Positions 10,405 through 17,524 of a stretch of DNA of 64,000 bases are shown here, piece by piece; within the stretch, counting starts at the first letter, position 1; each line of letters starts with the position of its first letter. Source of the DNA: Gemmatimonadota bacterium (GTDB lineage: Bacteria; JBHIER01; G020348925). Under the pieces are notes generated by a model. It was not told the DNA's origin and did no database searches. It saw nothing but the letters and a program-made list of their open reading frames with translations. The stretch lies in NCBI GenBank assembly GCA_020348925.1, contig CP070758.1, forward strand, positions 2,183,688 through 2,247,687. The letters run 5' to 3'. Made by a program: the position numbers and the translations under genes.

Positions 10405-10422
10405 TTGTGGAAGCGCTTCCAC
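10405..10422. promoter_or_regulatory. Perfect 18-bp palindrome TGTGGAAGCGCTTCCACA, a lac-operator-like candidate LacI-family operator. It lies just upstream of the RBS of the LacI-family gene.
   Basis: The palindrome was read directly. Compare the symmetric lac operator core TGTGAGCGCTCACA. Confidence 0.5.
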
Positions 10423-10956
10423 ATTTGGAAGTATACAAAAAACCGTGTACCGTGTCAAGCACTTTTTTTAAAAAAATGAATTATTATTAAAAAAAAAGGT
10501 GATAGTATCATTACGGCGAGAACGACCTTCCTTTCAGATTATTTTATTAATAATCAGATAATTACGATTAACACAGGATTACCGATACGGATCCTGAAAA
10601 GATTTTGAGTGGCCGACAACTCAATACTCCGAGTCATTTCTTGTCCTTGTAGATACGGAGTTGGTGAAAGAATTCGTCGACGTAAGTCAAAAATTGAAAT
10701 TTACCGGATTTTCATGCAATGTTCATGTTGTTAGGAGTTGTACGATGTTCTGAAAAATACGCAGAACCCATGAGCTGAAACTCTTGACCACCCAGTATAT
10801 CTATCCCATTCCCTCCCCTGCCATGGCTTCGGCGAAGAACGGTTCGCAAAGTGAGGAGACTAAAAATGTTCTGCAAAAGGAAGATGCACTTACGAATTCG
10901 AATCCTACAAATCACTCGAGTACATGAACAAGCGGAACCTTTTCTAACACCCCCAT

Positions 10957-11835
10957 CTATTTAAGAAGATCGTAACTCCGGAGAACTGATTTCAGCTTTT
11001 CTCTGTTCTCCGGCAGCATGCGGACGAGGGGAAGACGCACATCGCCCACGTCCCAGCCTGTCATATTCATGGCCTCTTTGACCGGCATGGGATTGGTCTC
11101 GATAAACATGGCCTCACACAGAGGGAACAGCTTGTGATGCCACGTTGTCGCCTCGTGAATATCGCCGCGCTCAAAGGCCGTGATCATGGCCTTCATATCC
11201 TGGGGAACAATGTTGCCCACGACCGACACGACGCCTTTTCCGCCCACGGCCATGGCCGGGAGAGTCAACCCATCATCACCGGAGAGCATCGTCACTCTGT
11301 CACCGCACGTCAGCACCACGTCCGTCATCTGCGTCAGACTGCCGCTGGCCTCTTTCACGGCCGCTATGTTGTCGTGATCTGCCAGAGCTCCAAGTGTTTT
11401 GGGCAGCAGGTTCACACCGGTCCGACCGGGGACGTTATAGATCAACAGGGGTATATCCGTCGAGTCTGCAAGAGTGAGAAAGTGAGCCTTCAAGCCTTCC
11501 TGGGTCGGTTTGTTGTAATACGGCGTGATCGTCATAGCCCCGTCAGCGCCCAGGTCTTTGACCTTCTTCACATTTTCGATCGACTTCGTCGTGGAAAAGG
11601 TCCCGGCGTTGGCCACCACCTTCAGCTTCCCCTTGGCCTCATCGACCACGACCTCGACAACGCGAAAATGCTCCTCCCAGGTGAAGGTGGGATTCTCGCC
11701 GGTCGTGCCGCAGGGAACGAGGCCGTTGGTGCCATTTTCGATGTGAAAGCGAACCATCTCGCGTATCTTCTCTTCATTCACCTTTCCGTCTCTATCGAAA
11801 GGTGTCACCATGGCGACGTAGAGTCCTGTGAACAT
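10957..11835 (-). CDS. dapA: 4-hydroxy-tetrahydrodipicolinate synthase (dihydrodipicolinate synthase)
   Basis: 292 aa. Motifs GTTGE and ...AAVKEASG..., and overall DapA/NAL-family similarity. Confidence 0.85.
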   Translation of the reverse strand: MFTGLYVAMVTPFDRDGKVNEEKIREMVRFHIENGTNGLVPCGTTGENPTFTWEEHFRVVEVVVDEAKGKLKVVANAGTFSTTKSIENVKKVKDLGADGAMTITPYYNKPTQEGLKAHFLTLADSTDIPLLIYNVPGRTGVNLLPKTLGALADHDNIAAVKEASGSLTQMTDVVLTCGDRVTMLSGDDGLTLPAMAVGGKGVVSVVGNIVPQDMKAMITAFERGDIHEATTWHHKLFPLCEAMFIETNPMPVKEAMNMTGWDVGDVRLPLVRMLPENREKLKSVLRSYDLLK

Positions 11836-12364
11836 TTTACCTCCTTACTCCAGCAAAAGTGATTGGGAACTTTCCCATTTAAATAATTGCATTGACCTCC
11901 ACAAAATGGTTTTAAGGAACACGGGATTCATAATATAGTCTTTTTCGAAAAAGTCAAGGGTTTTTTGGAGAACGCACCGAAAATATTTCGTATATAGAAC
12001 TCAATTCACTTTTTTTTATTTGCTCCAGTGTCTCGGAGGCAAAGAATCCCAATTCGCCTTCGGCCTTCTCATCCCCTCGAAATCATAATAGTATGACACC
12101 AGGACGGATCGCAATAAAGTAAAGACGTGGGATAATAACCTTGCACATTTTTCTCAAATGTTTACATTAATAATTGTCAATTCATTATCAAAAAAAGGTC
12201 AACTTCGCAACCTCTATATTAGTAAAACACTATATTACAATTTCTTACAGAATATAAAGAAAAGCAAAAAAAAATATAAGAATATATCATACTGAATATA
12301 ATTAATTTAGAGATATCTATGCTGCTTATTATAAAAAAGATTTGCTAATATAATATTTTTTTAC

Positions 12365-12400
12365 TTGACATATTAACGGAGATGTACTAATATATTAGAA
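12365..12400 (+). promoter_or_regulatory. Sigma70-like promoter: TTGACA, 17-nt spacer, TAATAT. It sits in an extremely AT-rich stretch with no ORF downstream.
   Basis: ttgacatattaacggagatgtactaatatat was read directly. The next credible CDS on this strand is about 1.2 kb away. Confidence 0.35.
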
Positions 12401-12719
12401 GTCAGAGAATCCGTAAGAATCAGGTAGGCTTAAAACGGAGGGAGACGAACGTCATAAAATTTCTGTGTAATAAATTCCGTTTCGTTCTCGTTCAATGAGA
12501 GACGTTTTTCTCTGCTCCGGTTTGGAATCGGAACTGTGAGTGAGAGATCTTTTGTACATGAACAAGTGAAACACGTATGATCCGAAGGTTGTTTAGACAC
12601 AACCTTTGGACTGGAGGTCACGACGCCTCTACGATGTTTCCCCGATGTTCCACATTGAAGAAGAAAGGGGGTCCTTCACTTTTCAACAATTGAATAGGTT
12701 TGGTAATTAGGGCATGCAG

Positions 12720-12975
12720 CTTATAACCTGATTCATTCATGAAATGCTATTCCAACTGAAGCGAACCTATTGCAGACCGCTGCCACAAACAGATTTCTCC
12801 ACTCCGATCGAAACGACAGAATGTGTCATTCTGAGCGGAGCGTAGCGGAGTCGAAGAATCTGTATGGCAATATTTTGCAGAGTACGGGATGACAGCCTTG
12901 GTTTTCTTCATGAATAATTCAGGATAAAGACACCCAGGCCAAAAGCGTGTCGTAGAGCTGGTCACGACGCCTTCT
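12720..12975. repeat. Copy A of an approximately 230-bp non-coding direct repeat. Its core is GACAGAATGTGTCATTCTGAGCGGAGCGTAGCGGAGTCGAAGAATCT, flanked by TTCATGAAATGCTATTC... and ...GGTCACGACGCCT.
   Basis: Aligns with copy B at 13090-13335 over multiple blocks. Confidence 0.6.
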
Positions 12976-13089
12976 TTACGCTCGTTTGATATACTTCGGT
13001 TATTGTGTTATGGTACACTAATCGAAGTAGAATGAGTGAGGGGGCGTTTTTTATTTTTCAACCTTCTTCAATTTTGTCGGAGGTTATGT

Positions 13090-13335
13090 CTAACCCGATT
13101 AATTCATGAAATGCTATTCTGACCAAAGTATAGCCATTGCGAAACCGTTGCTGAAAAAAGGTGCCTTCACGGAGTCTGCTCCGGGCTTATCCTTGGGATT
13201 GAAATGACAGAATAGTCATTCTGAGTGGAGCGAAGCGTAGTCGAAGAATCTAAAGTGCAACAACCTCCAGTTTGCTGGAATGGCAAACCGCGTTCTGTTT
13301 GTGAATGATTCAGGCGAAAACACCACGAAAATCTT
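13090..13335. repeat. Copy B of the approximately 230-bp direct repeat (GACAGAATAGTCATTCTGAGTGGAGCGAAGCGTAGTCGAAGAATCT).
   Basis: Aligned by eye to copy A. Shared blocks: ATTCATGAAATGCTATTC, the core, and AATGATTCAGGCGAAAACACC versus AATAATTCAGGATAAAGACACC. Confidence 0.6.
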
Positions 13336-13606
13336 GAATATGAAGAAAGTTTGACGTTTTGAGATCGATGTGACGATGCTTCTTTTTCTTTGCTGGCCAA
13401 AGAAAAAGAAGCAAAAAGAAAATCCAGCCGCAAGCCTTCACCGGGACCATCGTCGGCTCGCTTCGCTGTTTTTCCGAAACTCGTCCCCGCTTATGCGGTG
13501 ACTCAGACAGCCGGAAAAACGACGCTTCGCTTGTCGGATGGTCCAGCGGTTCAGGCTTCAGGGCATCTGAGTTGCATTATATGCCATAGAGACTCGACCC
13601 CCTGGA

Positions 13607-14362
13607 TTGGCAATATCCAACGGAGGGGGTGACACAGAGAAAATGGTACGAAGGGATCATTGCAAAGGGAGCCGTTCTGGCAAGCGTGTTACTGGTGCCA
13701 ACCTGATCATTTTGGTAGCGGCATTAATGGGTAGTGCATATGTGCTGGCGATGGCCTTACGTTCGTCGGAGTATTGGTGGGTAGCCTGGATTTGCTTGCT
13801 ACCACTATTTTGGGCAATTCGTACTTTGAAGCCGATAGGAGCCTCTCTCTCAGGTGCCATCTGGGGCATCGGCTTTTTCCTCTTTTCAATTTTTGGCACA
13901 GAAGCTGTACTATCGTCAACCTCCATTTCCCTAACTCTCTTAGCAATAGTACCTGCTCTTTATTGCGGTCTCGGCTCATTGCTAACTCGACGAGTCGGCT
14001 TCAATCCACTGCTACTGGCACTCAGCTGGATCGGGGTGGAGTTCGCCTTCAAACCACTTGGACTACAAAACGGTCTTTTAGCCGAGACACAAGCTGATAG
14101 CACCCATTTTCATTGGATCGGTCGCTTACTCGGTTACATTTTCATAGCTTTCCTTGTCGCCTGCATAAACGCAACACTCCTCGCTGTTCTAAGTAATGTC
14201 CGTATATCTATTCCTCACGAGAAATCAATATTTAAGGGATTGTCTAATTCTGAAATATGCCCCGCAGTACTAACATTCCTGTTATGTCAACTTTCGACTC
14301 TTCATCAGATATATCCCCGTGCTCCTCCGATTCCGAATAGGATTAGGATCTGGCACATTTAA
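13607..14362 (+). CDS. Polytopic membrane protein of unknown function. An alternative start is at 13643 (MVRRDH...).
   Basis: At least 6 predicted hydrophobic helices. It is the first gene of the lower-GC plus-strand islet. Confidence 0.45.
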   Translation: MAISNGGGDTEKMVRRDHCKGSRSGKRVTGANLIILVAALMGSAYVLAMALRSSEYWWVAWICLLPLFWAIRTLKPIGASLSGAIWGIGFFLFSIFGTEAVLSSTSISLTLLAIVPALYCGLGSLLTRRVGFNPLLLALSWIGVEFAFKPLGLQNGLLAETQADSTHFHWIGRLLGYIFIAFLVACINATLLAVLSNVRISIPHEKSIFKGLSNSEICPAVLTFLLCQLSTLHQIYPRAPPIPNRIRIWHI

Positions 14363-14415
14363 GTTTTTTATAAATTGAAATCAAGAATAGATCAAACAAA
14401 GCGGAGGTGAGGAGA

Positions 14416-15276
14416 ATGAAATCAATGAAATTGGCCATTTCGTTGATTGGTGTAGTGTTCATAGTTGGAACCTTGCCAGAAAATGGCTTTACCCATATTA
14501 CAGGATGCCCTCATACACATACGGCTATTCGAACAAGAGTCGAATGTAATCCACGTTTTGGTGGACAAGCTTGCACTTGCCCTACATGTGGGGGGGCTGG
14601 AACTTGTAGAGAAGTGGTAGGCAATCTTTGGCGAGATTGTCTCTGTATTTGTTCTGGATATCCTCATAACAAGAAGAGTGCTGGGACGATAGTCTATGGA
14701 AGCAACGTTTCAATAACTATTCCAGGAACTTCTTACTTTGAATTGGATGAATTGTCCCAAGAAAATGAGATAGTAATATGGTTAGGTGATGACTATGAAA
14801 ATCCCATTTTAGATGTTACAGACGGGATTTCAGGCACTGTTACTCTTCAGTTTGGGGAAAGTGATGTTGCTACTCACATACCTGTTCAACTTCTCGACTT
14901 TACTTTTACTTTCCCGTCCTTTAAGGTACAAAAGAACGAAACAGGTGTAAATAGTGCTTACCTTGATCCAAATTTTGCCGCTATCTTAGTATATAACCGT
15001 GAAACAGGCGAACTTAGTACTGAAGAACCTTTGCATGTCGTAACAATTAATGATTTATACACCGATCTTAATCCACTGAAAGGTCTTGCCAGCATAAATG
15101 GCACTATAGACGAAGAGACCGGCGAACTGTTCGCTTTTATTTTTGAGGAAGCAACGATTACTTCAAGGCCTCCAGTACCCGCTCTCACCAAATGGTCCAT
15201 CTTAGTCTTGCTACTAATGCTTCTCATAGTTGCAGCTTGGTTCCTTTGGAGAAAGGAAAGAGTGGCTACGGCGTAA
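14416..15276 (+). CDS. Secreted Cys-rich protein with an exosortase-type C-terminal sorting signal: VPALTKWS motif, TM helix, then an RKER basic tail. This is IPTL-CTERM-like.
   Basis: Signal peptide, then 10 Cys within about 50 aa (CPHTHTAIRTRVECNPRFGGQACTCPTCGGAGTCREVVGNLWRDCLCICSG). The C-terminus is ...PPVPALTKWSILVLLLMLLIVAAWFLWRKERVATA. ATG at 14416 follows a GGAGGTGAGGAG RBS; the tracker start at 14407 is a GTG. Confidence 0.6.
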   Translation: MKSMKLAISLIGVVFIVGTLPENGFTHITGCPHTHTAIRTRVECNPRFGGQACTCPTCGGAGTCREVVGNLWRDCLCICSGYPHNKKSAGTIVYGSNVSITIPGTSYFELDELSQENEIVIWLGDDYENPILDVTDGISGTVTLQFGESDVATHIPVQLLDFTFTFPSFKVQKNETGVNSAYLDPNFAAILVYNRETGELSTEEPLHVVTINDLYTDLNPLKGLASINGTIDEETGELFAFIFEEATITSRPPVPALTKWSILVLLLMLLIVAAWFLWRKERVATA

Positions 15277-15960
15277 TCCATACAAGAAGCAAGATTTTTA
15301 GAGAAAAAGCCCTCGCTGTTCTTAGCGGTGGGGGCTTTCTCTACGTTTGGACTCTAACTTTTCGAAAATTATCTTGGCGTTTCAATGTATGGAAATAGAG
15401 GACAAATTTTTTATTGACTTTCAATTTCAATTTTACTATCATAACACAAATCAAAATTTAAGAAAAAAGCAGCTTTCGAGATATTAAAGGATGTAGATCG
15501 GATTTTGACGAAGATACCCTCCGTCATAGTGGTTTTGTTTTCGATCGTTAAATACGAAGATTGCCACGCTATGAACCATTACGGTTCATAGCTCGCAACG
15601 ACAGACAGAAAAGAATCCCTCTCAGCTCCTCCTTCGACTGAGTTTATCCCGAGCGAAGTCGAAGGGCTCAGGACAGGCTTTACAAAAGGGAGAAGGTTAC
15701 ACCTCTTGAAATCTCCACTTCATAGGGGAGACTTTTTCCCTCCTGTCCCAAAGAGAGGGATAGGGAGGTTGTTTGAGATAGAAAAGTAACGAGGTTTTAA
15801 TGGCGTTGACTTGAAAGCATTAATTGGCTCAAGCATTAGCCACTTATACAGTCCGGCGAGTAAAGCCCTTCGACGAAGTTTTAGATTGAACGAATTTAAA
15901 CTACTCAGCATAAACTCGTACATCACCGTAGGTTCGAATTAAAATTCTTCGCTATAGGAT

Positions 15961-16530
15961 ATGACAAAAAAAATCAAAAAAATTCCCTTAGCCGAGAGGA
16001 TCTCCAGTCTGCTGCGTATGCACAGAGAGATTGTGAAATTCTGCCTTCTCTTCACTTTATACATTGGTACCTTTTTCGGTCTCTTTATCCTCGCAACGGT
16101 GTATATGTTGAAACCACTCGTTGCCCTCAATGTATTCACTGCCAAATCCGTTCAGATTGCAGCGAAATTGCTTGGCATGCACGCATCAGCAAGCTCCAGC
16201 TACCTCACAGTGAAAGGCTTTTCAATCGAGGTTATTACCGAATGCACAGGGCTGTTCGCAGCTTTCGTCTTCCTGGCCTGCGTCCTGGCCTATCCTACAA
16301 AAATCATGAAAAAAGTTTTCGGCATAATCGCTGGTATCTTCGTCATTTATATTTTAAATATTATGAGAATGATCTGCCTGATCATGGTCGGCATTTGGAC
16401 GCCGCAGCACTTTGACTTCGTCCATGTCTACCTATGGGAAGGAGTCTTTATCATCGTCGTTCTCATGCTCTGGCTGGTGTGGCTCGATAAGGTGGTGAAA
16501 GATGTCAGAAAGGTTGCAGTTTCTGGGTAG
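15961..16530 (+). CDS. Short exosortase/archaeosortase-family membrane protein (candidate sorting transpeptidase for the upstream CTERM protein)
   Basis: 189 aa and polytopic. It has a candidate active-site Cys in ...ITECTGLFAAF..., then about 38 aa later an NxxR motif (ILNIMRMI), then H...G (QHFDFVHVYLWEGV). This is the Cys / Asn-Arg / His order and spacing seen in EpsH-family exosortases. Confidence 0.5.
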   Translation: MTKKIKKIPLAERISSLLRMHREIVKFCLLFTLYIGTFFGLFILATVYMLKPLVALNVFTAKSVQIAAKLLGMHASASSSYLTVKGFSIEVITECTGLFAAFVFLACVLAYPTKIMKKVFGIIAGIFVIYILNIMRMICLIMVGIWTPQHFDFVHVYLWEGVFIIVVLMLWLVWLDKVVKDVRKVAVSG

Positions 16531-17089
16531 ATTTCTCATATTTGTTTCAGTCATTTTTGTTCTCTTTTATTTCTTCGTTAATCCGTACTACCGTCAGATC
16601 TTCAACAAGATCGCCTGGCTGCTGTATAAATCCAAGACACCATACGGGGAATACGTGACCTTTCACGTCCGCTTTTTCAACATCATCCCCTTCCTGGCCC
16701 TCATGCTGGCAACTCCCAAAATAAAGATCCTCGAACGGCTCAAATTGATCGGTATGGGACTGGTCATTATCTTTATCATCCACTTCCTCTTCCTCCTCAT
16801 CGGGCATGCTTACACCCACCAGGCCCAAACTTTTCTGCAGCGGATGCTCTCATCGACCTCCAACGCCATCGGTCAGGTGGCCGTCCCTCTTCTGGTGTGG
16901 TTTGGGCTTGCACATAAATATATTATAAAAACCTTCAGGCCGAGAACGGTCCCCACACCTCCATCCAGTTCAACGGAACAAAAATGCCCCTTCTGCGGGA
17001 AGAAGAAAAAAGGATTGAAGGAACATATACGGTCGGTTCATGGGCAGGAGGACGGGAGCGAGAAGGCTATGAAGAGGTATGGGAGGTAA
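16502..17089 (+). CDS. Membrane protein with a C-terminal C2H2-like zinc-finger motif (CPFCGKKKKGLKEHIRSVH). It overlaps the preceding gene by 29 nt.
   Basis: N-terminal hydrophobic helices, then CxxC-x9-HxxxxH. The start overlaps the stop of the exosortase-like gene, suggesting translational coupling. Confidence 0.45.
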   Translation: MSERLQFLGRFLIFVSVIFVLFYFFVNPYYRQIFNKIAWLLYKSKTPYGEYVTFHVRFFNIIPFLALMLATPKIKILERLKLIGMGLVIIFIIHFLFLLIGHAYTHQAQTFLQRMLSSTSNAIGQVAVPLLVWFGLAHKYIIKTFRPRTVPTPPSSSTEQKCPFCGKKKKGLKEHIRSVHGQEDGSEKAMKRYGR

Positions 17090-17239
17090 TGTTGTAGCAA
17101 CCGGTTATTTCTATCAAGAAGATTCCGGCATGGAGTTTACCCCGTATTCAATTTCGGGGATCGGAATGACAAAAAGTGGAACTGTATGTCTTAAACAACG
17201 TCTCGACGGAGTCTCGCCCTCCCCCACTATAATGGGATC

Positions 17240-17350
17240 AATTCTGCTTAATTCATAGGCTGTCATTCCTGCGTATGCAGGAATCTCCTCGTTCAGGGTA
17301 ACCTGCTTTATTTCGAGGAGATTCCGGGATAAACCCGGAATGACAGGCTG
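17240..17350. repeat. Cluster of REP-like hairpins of the GTCATTCC...GGAATGAC family (CATTCCTGCGTATGCAGGAATC and ATTCCGGGATAAACCCGGAATGAC).
   Basis: Inverted repeats were read directly. Translation yields the classic spurious IPAYAGMT peptide (ORF 17114-17389). Confidence 0.6.
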
Positions 17351-17524
17351 GATGAAATTGTGAGCTTTTGAAACTGAGTTAAAAACCATTGATTATCGTA
17401 AGCTACATAACACTTAATTGTTACATATGATTCTGCAAAGTTCTATGAATAACCCAGGCAACAAAAAAGCCGCCGAGTAGAGAATACCCGGCGGCTGTTG
17501 ATACCGACTATTGATGAAAGCTCA

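Noticed and set aside
11134-11862. 242-aa plus-strand ORF
   Set aside because: Antisense to dapA, with an His/Arg/Gly-rich artefact composition.
12720-13335. Possible CRISPR array (repeated units in non-coding DNA)
   Set aside because: There are only two long (about 230-bp) imperfect copies with irregular spacing, no short 25-40-bp regular repeats, and no cas genes.
17114-17389. 91-aa ORF containing IPAYAGMT
   Set aside because: Classic translation of GGAAT...ATTCC REP-like hairpins, not a gene.
13607-17400. Islet as a classical integrative element
   Set aside because: There is no integrase, transposase or flanking tRNA, and no obvious direct-repeat att sites. Only the composition shift and the flanking REP-like repeats support foreign origin.
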